Positions 1 to 11,716 of a stretch of DNA of 64,000 bases are shown here, piece after piece (the first letter of the stretch is position 1; the number at the start of each line of letters is the position of its first letter). The stretch is taken from positions 2,046,001 to 2,110,000 of the forward strand of contig JAUFOR010000002.1 of NCBI GenBank assembly GCA_040285745.1. Direction: 5' to 3'. The position numbers were made by a program, and so were the translations under genes. The DNA comes from Barthelona sp. PCE. Lineage: Eukaryota. Under the pieces are notes generated by a model, which had not been told where the DNA came from, searched no databases, and saw only the letters and a program-made list of their open reading frames with translations.

Positions 1-1182
1 GAACTCAAACGTACGTACAATCAAATTCATAAAGTCCTCCGTGTGATCCGAAACTTCCAGAGGGAAAACATGAGACAAGTACCCAATGGCTAGGTTTGCG
101 GTTCTAACACCAACCTCCGTCTCAGGGCACATATCGATGCAGGAGACTATCTCAGGGAAGACATTAGCATTTGTGATCCTGAAGCAAATACCTTGAAGGA
201 GTTCGCTTGCGATGATTGGCATCTCCTTTAACTCCGGTTCCTCTATGAGCATGGCGCCGAACGACGCGGTGATCATCTCCTTGAAGGAGCGCGTGACGAT
301 GGTGGGTCGATGCATAAGCATTGTCGACAAAACAATCATAGCACGGGATCTGAACTTGGGTTGGATATCATCAGAGACAACGATTGAGAGCATCAGATCG
401 ACGACGTCAGTGTAGTCTGATGTCTTGAACGTCTGAGATCTCACCAGTTCCTCGATAAACAGAAACACTCGCTGACAGTTCTTGTAATCATTGTTCTCAA
501 CAAGATCGATAACGAACGTGGTGAGATTGGTGAATATGGGGAACAGGAGCTCAGCAAGCTCATCGTCGAATCCTGACTGATTAACAACGACTGAAAAAAG
601 AGCAAGAACACCGCACTGGATATCCGTTCCCTTTTCGAGTAGTGGCATGCCCATGTCAATGATGTCTGTTAGCATGGAGTCGAAAATGTGCTCGTTACGC
701 TTGATAAGTGCCTCCAAAATAGAAAGACATACAACAACAGAAATATCTTTGGCGTTGTCATCGGAGATCATATCAATAAGGGTGGGAAGCAGCTCCTCCC
801 AGTCGCCGGCGCCGATTTCGTACGCGCCAATGACTGCGATGACATCAGCAAGAGATTTGTAGTAAAGATCGGCCTCTTTGCTGGGGTTGCTATCAAGAGA
901 TGAAAAGAGGAGGTTCAGGAGCTCCTGCTTGCATTCTAGCTGAAACTCCTCACCTAACTTTGCCCAGGTCTTGGGAATGCTTTGTCGAAGTAGAACACAG
1001 ATGAGCTGCTTTGTGGCGTAGTCCTCTGCATCCAGCAGTACGTGCAGCAGGATTTCTGTGCACAGAGCTGTCTTAACAGCCTCCATGAGGTACTCGTTTG
1101 TGGCTTCCATGTCTGCACCATTGATAAAGTTCTCAATAGCCTCTACGATGGTGTCTTGTGTGAAAGGGTTGTCCTCAGTCAT
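1..1182 (-). CDS. Importin-beta family (importin-4/5-like) HEAT-repeat karyopherin, 3' partial
   Basis: ATG at 1182, open frame running off the window start (absent from ORF track). N-term MTEDNPFTQDTIVEAIENF...ATKQLICVLLRQSIPKTWAKLGEEFQLECKQELL resembles IBN_N; later VGVRTANLAIGYLSHVFP is HEAT-like. Confidence 0.7.
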   Translation of the reverse strand, partial: MTEDNPFTQDTIVEAIENFINGADMEATNEYLMEAVKTALCTEILLHVLLDAEDYATKQLICVLLRQSIPKTWAKLGEEFQLECKQELLNLLFSSLDSNPSKEADLYYKSLADVIAVIGAYEIGAGDWEELLPTLIDMISDDNAKDISVVVCLSILEALIKRNEHIFDSMLTDIIDMGMPLLEKGTDIQCGVLALFSVVVNQSGFDDELAELLFPIFTNLTTFVIDLVENNDYKNCQRVFLFIEELVRSQTFKTSDYTDVVDLMLSIVVSDDIQPKFRSRAMIVLSTMLMHRPTIVTRSFKEMITASFGAMLIEEPELKEMPIIASELLQGICFRITNANVFPEIVSCIDMCPETEVGVRTANLAIGYLSHVFPLEVSDHTEDFMNLIVRTFEF

Positions 1183-1360
1183 GCCAAAAAAGTGTGAAAA
1201 AGTGTGAAATGGATTGGAATGAAGAAAACAAGCAAATTCTTTTCCTTCCCTTTTTCGTATATTTCTTACTTGTGGTGGGCGCTGTTTGTGATTTAAACGT
1301 AGGCTTCTTTGTTTTTTAGATCAAAATATCGAATTTTCTATTAAATGTTTTATTTGTTTC

Positions 1361-2218
1361 TCATTCCGTAAAAAACCAGTCACGTGAGATGAGATGGGCT
1401 GTCGGCCGCGTCGTATAGTTCGTGTCAAGCACCCTTTTAAGGAACTGAACGGTCTCAAACGTTATGTTTGGATTTCGTTTCTTCAATGCTTTATAGAAAG
1501 ATACCTTCGGCATAATGGCCTTCCCCTCTCCCGTCACATACCGGGCCACAGCGCCTGACATCCCCAACAGAGATGTGATCATTGTCAATTGACTGGGTGT
1601 GTCGTTTCCTGCAAAAATGTGGTAACCCACAATCAGCGTTCCCATAACGCATCCTGCGCTCCACACGTCGTTGCACTTGCCAGTTTCTATGCCTAGAATG
1701 AGCTCTGGGGCACGATAGAACCGAGCACATACGTATGATTGGTTGAAACTTTGACCAACGCGCTTCGCTTGACCGAAGTCGCAAATCTTCACTTGGTTGA
1801 TGTGTGGGTTGTATAGGATGTTGCTGGGCTTTATGTCACGATGCATAATGTTGTTTTCGTGAAGATAATCCAGTGTAGTGAATATTTGAAAGGTTATACT
1901 CTTGATTTTTTCCAGACTGAGTGGATGCATGCGAGAAACGTAGTCTAGAAGAGTCATTGGCATATACTCCATTATTAGGTTACTGAAAAAAACAGCTCCA
2001 TCAAGCGACTGTGTGATTATATGTTCTTTCACCGATACTATGTTGTCGTGCTCCAATTGGGATAGGATCTCGACCTCTTGAACGGGAATTAACGGATTAA
2101 AACGGCGCTGACGCTTGACTGCAAATCTCTTATTGTCGATGTAAACCTGAAATACGGTTCCATACACTCCATTCTTGACATTACGTGGCATAACACCCTC
2201 TGGGTGAATCTCATACAT
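1361..2218 (-). CDS. CMGC Ser/Thr kinase, GSK3-like
   Basis: GVYGTV, AVK, HRDIKPSN, KICDFG, SYVCARFYRAPELILG (GSK3 consensus SYICSRYYRAPELI). Confidence 0.85.
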   Translation of the reverse strand: MYEIHPEGVMPRNVKNGVYGTVFQVYIDNKRFAVKRQRRFNPLIPVQEVEILSQLEHDNIVSVKEHIITQSLDGAVFFSNLIMEYMPMTLLDYVSRMHPLSLEKIKSITFQIFTTLDYLHENNIMHRDIKPSNILYNPHINQVKICDFGQAKRVGQSFNQSYVCARFYRAPELILGIETGKCNDVWSAGCVMGTLIVGYHIFAGNDTPSQLTMITSLLGMSGAVARYVTGEGKAIMPKVSFYKALKKRNPNITFETVQFLKRVLDTNYTTRPTAHLISRDWFFTE

Positions 2219-2375
2219 GTTCTATTTTGTAAAGTAGTGAAAAATGTGAAGACAGGTCTTTATTGTGCATTTAGTTTGGTCAGCTATTCAACTCAGAATG
2301 GATGATACTGTAGGTATTGTGCAACTGTGAAGCCTGAAAAGGTCAACCTGCTGTGTTTTATTGTTTTTCACCTCA

Positions 2376-3692
2376 ATGTCGACGTGGGATGCCGAGCAGT
2401 CGAACCACTCGCTTTCCATCCTTGAGAACCTTGCGAGCGCCGCGGCAGAGAGGAAAGTTGATGTGCCTCAGCGAATGCTAGAGGAAGAAATCGAAATTGG
2501 GTTCGATCTCCATCTTGCTCACACAATATCAGAACGCTCGCCGCTGTATATCACGCCACGCAAGCGTAAGAAACCGAAGAAGACAGGGGCAAAAGTTTTT
2601 AACCGCTCAATAAGGAGCAGTGGATACGGTGCTACACATGTTCCTCGTAAGATGCATACCCCAATCACCAACCGCACAGAAAGGCCCAAGCGACCAAGAC
2701 CAAAGCCAATGAAACGATCTCCGGTCGAAGAATTAGGTCCGGTAACTGTTCTTCGTGAGGGATGGGAGCTCGAACAGAACAGCCCAATCAACCTGTGCCG
2801 CCTCAACCCCGACGGCAAGTCGGTTGCGTGTGGGTGTATGAACGGGTCTGTTACAGTGAACCGCTTTCCGCTCAGGAAGAAGCAACACATTTCGTATTTT
2901 CTCAAAGAGACTGTACAAAGCCTCTCCTACTCTCTGACGGGTGATTACCTCGCGGCGGTGTGCAACGGGCAGCTGGGTATCATTGCGGACGGTGTACAGC
3001 GCTTAATCTATGAAGAGGACCTGAACAGACACGCTATGGACTGCGGGTTTCACTTTATCGATAAGTTTCTGGTTGTCGCGAACGGAAACACGCTGGATAT
3101 GAGGCGCCTCATGCTGACAAAAAAGAGCGATGACGTAAACAGACTGAAAAAGCTGAGCGCTCTTTCTACCGTTATGTCGATACCTCACCCTTCCGCACAC
3201 TATGTACGGAGGCTGGGGACGATAAACACGTTCATGAGTCAGTACTGCACGATGGCAGGTAGCGATAACTCGATTAGTTTGGTAAATTTAGACGAGACAG
3301 AGATCATATGGCACTTGCTCAACACACACAAGGACCAGGTGTCTAGATGTGACTTCTGCGTGAACATGACGCACCTCCCCGAGCTGAAATCTTGTGTTTT
3401 GTCAATGGGTGGAGGAGAGGCCAAACTATGGGATCTTCGAACCACTGACTGCGTTCGTTCGTTCGACGTCCCAAACGCCAGGGATGCGGTAGTGACGCCA
3501 GACGGCGAGTTCCTTGCAACAGTGGGCATCGACGGAGTGTTGAGCTATCACTCTCTATTTGAAGGAGACGCAGATCCAGTACGTGTCCGTACAGGGCTAT
3601 CTCAGCTCAATTCGGTTGATTTCTCAACGCACAGACCCATATGTTGCGTGGGAGGTTTCGACACACACTGCAAATGTGTCTTTAAATCTTAA
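2376..3692 (+). CDS. WD40-repeat protein (WDR27-like C-terminal region)
   Basis: First ATG 2376; WD repeats (AKLWDLRTTDCVRSF); FNRSIRSSGYG motif precedes the propeller as in WDR27. Confidence 0.65.
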   Translation: MSTWDAEQSNHSLSILENLASAAAERKVDVPQRMLEEEIEIGFDLHLAHTISERSPLYITPRKRKKPKKTGAKVFNRSIRSSGYGATHVPRKMHTPITNRTERPKRPRPKPMKRSPVEELGPVTVLREGWELEQNSPINLCRLNPDGKSVACGCMNGSVTVNRFPLRKKQHISYFLKETVQSLSYSLTGDYLAAVCNGQLGIIADGVQRLIYEEDLNRHAMDCGFHFIDKFLVVANGNTLDMRRLMLTKKSDDVNRLKKLSALSTVMSIPHPSAHYVRRLGTINTFMSQYCTMAGSDNSISLVNLDETEIIWHLLNTHKDQVSRCDFCVNMTHLPELKSCVLSMGGGEAKLWDLRTTDCVRSFDVPNARDAVVTPDGEFLATVGIDGVLSYHSLFEGDADPVRVRTGLSQLNSVDFSTHRPICCVGGFDTHCKCVFKS

Positions 3693-3696
3693 GATA

Positions 3697-3738
3697 TTAA
3701 AAATGATTTAAAATGATTAAAAATGATTAAAAATGATT
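3697..3738. repeat. 10-bp AT-rich minisatellite (TTAAAAATGA-like) x4 between convergent genes
   Basis: Direct inspection. Confidence 0.7.
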
Positions 3739-3756
3739 TGTTTATTTGCTGGATGC

Positions 3757-4657
3757 CTAACAGTTGCATGTGCCGTCATCAGTGCTACCATTGGAGACCT
3801 GTACAATCTCAAACATGTCTTCATCGTCGGTGTCGTTCTCCATATCGGTCTTGACCTGTTCGGCGACGGAATGGAATAAGTCAGTAACACCTGAACCAGA
3901 CTTTGCTGAAGTTCTAAAGTAAAGAAGATTCTCACTTTCTGCCCACTCACGTGCCTCGTCACCGACAACGTCTTCAAGATCGTTCTTTGCTGCAACAAGT
4001 GCAATGATGCCAACACCGTGTGCACGAAGATCTGCGAGCCTCTTCTTAGTATTCTCGAACGACTCGTGCGATTCAACAGAGTACACTAGCAATGCAATTT
4101 GAGCATCGCGGTAGTACATGGGGGTGAATGCCTGGTAACGGTCCTGACCTGCTGTGTCCCAGATCTCTAGCTTGACAATGTGTCCGTTACTGAGTGGAAC
4201 ATGTTGGAAAAGGAAGGCTGCTCCAATAGTTGATCCTAGTTTCTCGACAAACTGGTCCTTGACGAATCTGAGCACGAGACATGATTTGCCTGCGGCGGAA
4301 ACTCCTAAATATTAGTGATGCTCAAAATGATGTTGAGAAATTCTAATGAAAAAATGCATTGGTTGGCTCAAAAAATTCCAGATGGACATGAACGCAAGCA
4401 TGAGGCGTGTGAGTTAACGTGATTCGTTGTGAATGCCAACGTACGATGAAAAAAACAGCAATACTAACAAGACAACAAGAAGTCTGCTATTCCTTCGCAT
4501 TTGGACTCTTTTACGATCATAAATAACACAATATAGGTATTTGTCAATCCTGAACGCATAATTTGAACACAAATAAATTTCCCGTTATATGAAGCATACC
4601 GAGTAAAACTACCTTGGCCACGATGGGGGCTTTGTTCTGTTGAGCAGCTGGTGCCAT
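3757..4657 (-). CDS. RAB5: Rab5-family small GTPase (exons 4657-4600 and 4304-3757)
   Basis: Spliced product KVVLLG|VSAAGKS, STIGAAF, WDTAGQDRY, PMYYR, TSAK, C-terminal CNC prenylation motif. Confidence 0.85.
4305..4599 (-). other. Spliceosomal intron, 295 nt
   Basis: GTATGC...ACTAATATTTAG; removal restores the P-loop in frame. Confidence 0.9.
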
Positions 4658-5069
4658 TGAAAAAGTCAAATATGCTGAATGAAAGGGATATAAAACGGAA
4701 AACAGTATTTCAGGGTTTAATGAGTATCTCACTTTGCTAATTAAGCTATACGTGGACGTTTGCCACGCTTTCAGCTATTAATTTTATATGCCTGCAATCC
4801 ATCAATTACAAGATTTTGACATGCCTAAAAGCACTTATTCACACTGTGAAGGCGTGAACTTCACTTTTGCCCACATTTTTCCATCTAAAAACTGTCAGAT
4901 CGGGTAAACAATGGAGAGAGAAATTTAGCTCATCGCGGAAACTGTACACTTGAGCATATTTACTTTTGACATTGGTGCAAGCTGCTGATAAATTGTGGTT
5001 ACGATTCTGAAACAAACGAAAAACGCTGTTTAACTAAATTTTCCCTTTTCGCATCGTATTTACATAACA

Positions 5070-6772
5070 ATGTCTAAGAATCATCTTGATAAACTTTTTG
5101 AGGAGGGTATGTAGATTGAATCGAAACAAAAACAATGAACTAACATTAAGCCACTTCAGGTATCAAAAAGCAAAAGAAAAAGCCTTCTGATGCTCCTCCA
5201 GGTATCAGCGGCCGTAAAAAGACGCAGATCGCACCCCCGGGAATCAGTTTAACGCGCAAAACAAAGGCTAAAACACTAACTCTTGATGAACTTGAAGGTG
5301 ACCTCGTTAAATCCGAAATCACAACCTCCATGTTCTCCGAGAAGACAGCTCCCATTGAGGGGGGATTCCTCAACATTGCCGGCTTTGAACCACCAAAAAT
5401 TCCTGATTTTCAATTAGAAAGCGATGATGAACTCGATATCATCGAACCACCTGCCCCCGTCGAAGGATGGCAGCCGTTCAGCTTCTGGAAACAATGGAGC
5501 GACGAAGAGGACAACGATTCAGATTCAGATTGGTTTGCCTCGGAAGATGAGGATGGTACAACTGGTAGAGGCCAAAAGGCTGAAAGTGGCATGCCTGAGG
5601 TTGTACAGATGGAACTTCGTGTCAGCAGACCGAAACCCATTTCCTACGAAGGAGAGCTCCCAGAAGATATGCTCTTCCATGTCCCCACCAAGTTTTTCTC
5701 CAATACTCGCCCGCACCTGATGCTCCCTCATGATGTAATTGATGTAACGCGAAAAATCACTCATTTTAGAGCTCACGATCTTTATCATGAAGATTTTTAT
5801 TATTCAGCTACCAAGCCTTACTTCGCTCCCCGATTCCAGCCAGAGCTATCGAAAATCACTAGAAAGAAGCCTTACATGAATAAGCTTGTCTTTGGTCAAG
5901 AGACTTTAGGTTGTATCATTCCTGCCAGGTTTATCCAGGGCCCATCGCCTGTCATTGAGCTTCCCCCCACCAAATACGCAAAACAGGAACTCATATACCC
6001 ACCGACGAACCTCAAATTCATCACAGAGCGCATCAAAATAATTGGCCTCTTCCTCCAGGATCTCACCTTGTTCAGTAAGAGGAACCATGGGAGCAACACA
6101 GACGGCGAGAAGGCTGCAGCTAACGAAGCTTTGTTTGAAACTTTGGGTCTCTCAGGTTCTTGTCTTGACCTAACGTTTAAGGGGCTCATTCCGATCTCAG
6201 AGATCCTCTGCGCTGTGTTTCAGGACGGAGTCGCATTCGAGTGGCTGCTCAAGTCCCTGAAAAACATCAACAAAGGTGGTAGATTTGCTATGCAACGTCT
6301 CCTTCTCTTTTCTTCTCTGTTCATGCCTCCTGTTGGCGCATTCTCCCTTGCAATCCACACGTTCCGCAAGTGGTACTCGTACGCAGACCCGCGCTACGTG
6401 GAGAACGTTCTCGAATGCCTGATGCACTATCTCGTTATCGAAGACGATGAAGATTTGAATAAGCACGGTTTTATCCCATTCTTGATGCAGCCCACGTCCT
6501 TCTCATACCTGTTTGAGCTATTCAACATACCCGTTGACGCTGAGCACAAGCAATACACAGCCGAGAAGTATTTCCCTGCCCTTCTACGTTATTTCGTTAC
6601 AATAATCGATGGAGTCGACCCTCAGCACATCGTTATCAGGTCTATCTTCTCGTTAATGAATGCTTGGGGACGTGTCCACCCAGATTGGTTGAGAGATATG
6701 ATTGAGTATGAGCTCGATCCTTACCGTGATAGTTTCCCCCATTTCTCTGAAGCCAATCAGTTCTTTGGATAG
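5070..6772 (+). CDS. Pat1-like mRNA decapping activator (exons 5070-5106 and 5151-6772)
   Basis: Splicing joins ATG 5070 in frame to ORF 5330; TLTLDELEGDL motif, Pro-rich region, DLYHEDFYY and helical C-terminal domain. Confidence 0.55.
5107..5150 (+). other. Spliceosomal intron, 44 nt
   Basis: GTATGT...ACTAACATTAAG; frame restored on removal. Confidence 0.9.
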
Positions 6773-6823
6773 TTTTTATTAATAAAGTGATTTTGTTGTG
6801 TTAGAAAAATTTTTTTAAATTTA

Positions 6824-7225
6824 TTATCCAAAAGCTTTGTCTAATGCTTCCTGAAGCTTAAATCCAACACATGTATAGTCAGTTGAATAGGATTTGCTGA
6901 ATCTCTGCTTGGTTGTACATGCACTCTTTGCACTATTGTAAACAGAACTACAAGATTTGATAGCATCTCCGACCTGCATACAGAACTTTAGACATCCGGT
7001 ATCCAGACGGGTATTCTTGCTGAATCTCTCTCTTTTGGTGCAACCCCTCTTGAAAGTCCAGTATGAACCACATACACCACCATTATCAGCACAATATTTA
7101 ACACAAGTACCGTCAGTTTGACTATAACTGCTGTAAGGCTTACGATAGGTGCAGCATCTCTTGCACTGATACGAATTCACAGTGGTAGCACAAATAAGGA
7201 AAAGAATGAAAATTGTTTTTAACAT
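6824..7225 (-). CDS. Small secreted cysteine-rich protein with three internal repeats
   Basis: Hydrophobic signal peptide; repeats CTYRKPYS..TDGTCVKYC / CTKRERFSK..LDTGCLKFC / CTTKQRFSK..TDYTCVGF. Confidence 0.7.
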   Translation of the reverse strand: MLKTIFILFLICATTVNSYQCKRCCTYRKPYSSYSQTDGTCVKYCADNGGVCGSYWTFKRGCTKRERFSKNTRLDTGCLKFCMQVGDAIKSCSSVYNSAKSACTTKQRFSKSYSTDYTCVGFKLQEALDKAFG

Positions 7226-7586
7226 ATTAAAGAAGTAAAGAATATTAAAAGAAGAAAAGAATTAGATTTATGTTATGTTAATGAGAAAATCAACTATTTA
7301 TGCAGAATTTCGGATTGGTAAAGAGTAATATTACGTTATACAGATTAGATTTCTTGTTCGCACAATAAACTCTCTACAGGAACGTAAAATAGACACAGCA
7401 AAATATTTACATGCAGAAGTGCCCAGAAAAACATTGATGCAATGTTTTTTCTTATATCATTAATTTTGAGCTTCCTGTTTATTTTACAGTCTACAAATCC
7501 ACTAATTAGATCTACAAATATGCCGTGCCTCATGAATATGATAGGATTAGAGGAAATGCTAAAGATAAGCAAAATCACATTATGTT

Positions 7587-8351
7587 TTACAACTCTTCCT
7601 TCTCAGCTTCTGCTGTTCTACGCTTCATCTCGACATCATAGTTAAACAAGCGTGACATAGATACTTCTCCCATAGTAATCTGTTTTTTGTGGAAATCAAG
7701 CTCTTCTTGCAATTTTTCTCTAATTTCCTTATTTTTTGCAATTTGATCTTGTAACAAATCCATAGCCTCATCGTAAGTGAATTCAACCATTGTCTTTGCA
7801 CCAAGCCAGAAATAAATCGAATCTTTTGATGGATCAATGGTTGCGGTACTATACAGATCATCCGTTAACATATACTGAATGTCAAACTTATCCTCAGCCT
7901 CGTGCTTCTTCTTGAGATCCTGGACAGTCTGGTAATCGCCTTCTAATTTGGGAATCATAACGTGTACGCTCTTTAAACTGGAAAGAGTTCTTACTTCTGC
8001 AGTCTTGTGACGAGCAATTAAATCATTGAAGAAAGACAGGGCCTTCTCAATACCAACTGCTTCGACAAAGGTCTCAACGCTCTCCTAAAGATGAGTGGTG
8101 CTGAAAATATTCGCAATCAAAAATTAGGTTTCAGTATGGTCCAAAACACTGATTGTACAACACAACTATCATCACTGACAGTGCCGCGTGAAGCGGTTTT
8201 GCTGCTGCACAGCGTGTCATTACATGTGAAACACCAATGTTATCAACGAATAAAAGTAAATCCATACAATAAAGGGCATGGCAGTAATCTTATCCCTGAA
8301 GTCGGGGAAAATGCGGCAGCCGGGAAGTGCTTGGGGGTTCTGAGTTTGCAT
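7587..8351 (-). CDS. PFDN3: Prefoldin subunit 3 (VBP1) (exons 8351-8268 and 8084-7587)
   Basis: Spliced AMPFI|ESVETF; IYFWLGAKTMVEFTYDEA and KKQITMGEVSMSRLFNYDV match prefoldin-3. Confidence 0.9.
8085..8267 (-). other. Spliceosomal intron, 183 nt
   Basis: GTATGG...ACTCATCTTTAG, phase 0. Confidence 0.85.
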
Positions 8352-8765
8352 TGTTGTAATGGTGAGAAAAACAGATAACAAGACTACATTATCCTATTTG
8401 GCTATGTACAGTGTTATTTATGTTGATTTAAGCAATAGTTAAGCACCATATAGCACATAAATGGTGACGCGCGCAGTAGGAATGCAAGATACTATTTTAC
8501 ATTTATGGAAGCACTTTACACTATCATTTATGGATTTATACGATTCTTCAGATAATATTACTGACATCACGTGCAACAAACGTTAAATAAAGAAGCAACA
8601 AACAAGAATGCAGGCAAAAAATTGTTAGAAGGTTGGAATACATGTTATAGAGAACCGACACCGCAGTATATTTGGGTTGACGCATGATTTGATGGTTATA
8701 TTCAGCAAACATCATGTATTGCCGATTCTTTCTCTTTTTACAATATACGCAACGTGTTGCGCTCT

Positions 8766-10124
8766 ATGGAACATAGCCCGTTCATAAACGGATCATCATC
8801 GAGTTTAACTGAGCTCTTGATTCAGTCAAAAAAGCATAGGAGGAACCACATCTTTTGTCAGATCGGCACATCATTAATTATAGTTGCCATTATCACGATA
8901 CTGACGCACATTTTCCTACCTAACTGCCCCATTTATCCTTCAAGCTCCTACTTCAACAAGAACGGGGAACTGCAATATAAAATCTTGGAAACAATCCCCA
9001 TCGGTATGAATGTACCGCTCAAGAACACGTACCACCTGGGCCCCGAAGTAGTAGATCTTTGCCTCTCTGCAAAGAAGACATTCCACGTCGCTGCGTTTTA
9101 CATTACCCTCTCCATGGATGACACGCCATTGCAGTACGGTAAGCAGCTGTATGACTGCTTCGTCGAGCATGCCCATGCGGGTAGACTGAAGCTAGTTGTC
9201 GATTCGAACCCATCTGATCTTCAGAAAGTGGACATCATGGCTCTGAAGGAAATGGGTGCTGAGCTCAATTATCTGGATATGAGCATCGTCAACAAAGGAA
9301 TTGGTGGTAGACTTCACACAAAATTCATGATTGCTGATAAGACAGCCCTGTATATCGGCAGTGCAAATATAGACTATCGTTCTTTAACTCATGTTAAGGA
9401 GTTAGGAATCGTCGTATTTGATTCAACAATGGCCTCTGATCTCCTGGACGTATGGCGTTCGTACAAGGTCGGAAGTTCGAACCCCATTGAGCTCCCCCGT
9501 ATTGCTTCATTTATTAACGTCAACCATCGTTATTCTAACTCTTCCGCTTACATATCAAGCGGGCCCCGCGTGCTTGCCCCCCGTGCGCGTTCCAATGACC
9601 TGGACGCCATATTGCACGCTATCAACAGAGCAAAAGAATTTGTTAATATTGCTGTCATGGATTACTTCCCAGGATTTCAATTTTTATCCGGACAACCCTA
9701 CTGGGCCGTACTTGACGACGCCCTCCGCCGTGCTGCGTACCGTGGCGTCAATGTTTCACTACTATTCTCTTGCTGGCCCCATCATACAAGAGACGATCAG
9801 TGGCCTCACTATTTGTCACTAAACGATGTCGACGGCATCGCTGTGCGCATATACACTGTCCCCCAGCTCGTCGACCAACCCGCGTTCTCAAGAGTTCAGC
9901 ACACAAAGTATCTAGTGAGCGATGGAGACAGCATGGTGCATACGTCAAACTGGTCTGCTGACTATTTCATTGACACTGCAGGTGTTTCGTTCGTGTCAGA
10001 TGATGCAGCCATCCGTGGGATCATGAAGGGAGTTTTCGAACGAGACTTTTATGGAGAATATAGTTCTGCTGATGTTGATTGGATGCAAACTCATTGTTTT
10101 AGTATCGGTCCTCAATCGGCCTAG
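8766..10124 (+). CDS. Phospholipase D3/4-like type II membrane protein
   Basis: N-terminal TM helix; two HKD motifs (LHTKFMIAD..YIGSAN, QHTKYLVSD..TSNWSADYF). Confidence 0.9.
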   Translation: MEHSPFINGSSSSLTELLIQSKKHRRNHIFCQIGTSLIIVAIITILTHIFLPNCPIYPSSSYFNKNGELQYKILETIPIGMNVPLKNTYHLGPEVVDLCLSAKKTFHVAAFYITLSMDDTPLQYGKQLYDCFVEHAHAGRLKLVVDSNPSDLQKVDIMALKEMGAELNYLDMSIVNKGIGGRLHTKFMIADKTALYIGSANIDYRSLTHVKELGIVVFDSTMASDLLDVWRSYKVGSSNPIELPRIASFINVNHRYSNSSAYISSGPRVLAPRARSNDLDAILHAINRAKEFVNIAVMDYFPGFQFLSGQPYWAVLDDALRRAAYRGVNVSLLFSCWPHHTRDDQWPHYLSLNDVDGIAVRIYTVPQLVDQPAFSRVQHTKYLVSDGDSMVHTSNWSADYFIDTAGVSFVSDDAAIRGIMKGVFERDFYGEYSSADVDWMQTHCFSIGPQSA

Positions 10125-10151
10125 TAAATTTGTTTATTGCTATTACTATTG

Positions 10152-10676
10152 TTACTGAAATTTGACACCATCATCCTCTGCAGTATCACCTGGAATAATT
10201 GCACATTTTCCTTGTCTTACAAGAATGTTAAGAACAGCGTCGATAACTGGTCGCTCCAGGCCCTCGAAATCTGTGCCAATGGCGGTGTCTCCCTCGTCAG
10301 TGAGCTCCCACACTGTTAATACTGAGCCAAGTTGCCCGGTGCTCTCAATCCACTTATATAAGAGCTCTGCGTACTCCTCCACTGTGTTTACGAGAACCAA
10401 AAAGCGGGCCTTGGCGTCCTCATTAGCCCAAATACCGTGACCTAGCTTGACAATCTCGTCAAGGAAAAATAAAAGCTCACTGTTTGTGAGAGAGCGGTCT
10501 ATGGTAGTGTTTGTGAATGGGTAACTGTTGATGTCCTCTGATGGTGTGATAACAAACTTGTTTTCATCGCTGCAAAACTCAATAATAATATCTTTCCACA
10601 CTGTGATTTGTTTCAGAAGATTTGTGTCTGATATCTGCCGTGTGAATAGCGGTTCCCAATTGTAAAGTTCGTGCAT
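10152..10676 (-). CDS. VPS25: ESCRT-II subunit Vps25
   Basis: YNWEPLFTRQ (YxFPPFFTxQ), PFTNTTIDRSL, SVLTVWEL, C-terminal GVKF. Confidence 0.9.
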   Translation of the reverse strand: MHELYNWEPLFTRQISDTNLLKQITVWKDIIIEFCSDENKFVITPSEDINSYPFTNTTIDRSLTNSELLFFLDEIVKLGHGIWANEDAKARFLVLVNTVEEYAELLYKWIESTGQLGSVLTVWELTDEGDTAIGTDFEGLERPVIDAVLNILVRQGKCAIIPGDTAEDDGVKFQ

Positions 10677-10850
10677 GTGCTTGAATGAAAAGAAAAAACC
10701 TTATACGCCAAACTTGACTGCATAGAATTCTAGAGAAAATATCTAAGGTTTAATGGTCAGTGCGTTAAATATTATCCATATTTTACAGATTATAATATGT
10801 GAAAATTGAGGATTCAAATAATAGCCGGTATCAAAAAACTCACCTTTTCT

Positions 10851-11432
10851 ATGGATTTAACTGATAAAATCACAGAAGCAAGGGTCTACATTCAGTCCAT
10901 GATGCAGCAGCTCGAGATGGCTAAGGGGCAACCTCAAGAGAAAGTTGACTTTGTGCACAATAACGTAAATAGAGAATTACAACGGATACCTGGCCTTGAT
11001 CAGGAACTTTTATTCAGGCAGGCTCGCTTCTTCACAAAGAATCTTCCACCTATAGATGATGTGAACGATGAAGAATTTTTTTCCATCGCTCAAAGGGCTC
11101 TTTCAACATTTTTTTCTGTTGAAACTCGCGATATAGTGAAGTGTGAATCAGGCATTAACATATCAAATGAGCTGGATCTCTCATGGCGTGGCAGTGAATT
11201 TTTCATTGTCCCCTCTAACAATAATTTAATCAATTACTCAAATGTATTCGCTTTAAAGATGCAATACATTGCACTGACACAATCATTTCGCCATGCAATT
11301 CTATACCTTGTATTTTTTCCCTTCTTACCCAATCAAAAGTGTGTTAATTGCGAAAAAAAGTTTGGTGGAATGGCTATGGACGAGTATTGCCAGCTTAACT
11401 CCGATTATTTACCCTATCATACAACATGTTAA
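10851..11432 (+). CDS. Possible Mediator subunit 27-like protein
   Basis: ATG 10851; C-terminal CxxC...YHxxC-stop zinc motif like Med27. Confidence 0.45.
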   Translation: MDLTDKITEARVYIQSMMQQLEMAKGQPQEKVDFVHNNVNRELQRIPGLDQELLFRQARFFTKNLPPIDDVNDEEFFSIAQRALSTFFSVETRDIVKCESGINISNELDLSWRGSEFFIVPSNNNLINYSNVFALKMQYIALTQSFRHAILYLVFFPFLPNQKCVNCEKKFGGMAMDEYCQLNSDYLPYHTTC

Positions 11433-11716
11433 ATATTTCTTCAATTTTTTTTTCTTTTTTAGTCCACTATTTAAAGCTACTGAAGGTTGAGAACGTGGAT
11501 TATGCACACAATGCGAGGGAAATCAACAATGTTAACTAACGCGTAATGGATGAGGTCTAGTTGAACTAATTAGCAATAAAAAGGTCTCTACGAAGATGAA
11601 AAGGAGAAAAGTATTAAGTACTCTTGCAAACTCCCCTTCATCAACTACTCAAATTTATGCCAGTTACAGAACTTCATAAACATCTAAACAAAGACATTAA
11701 CAAAAAAAAATTTTCT

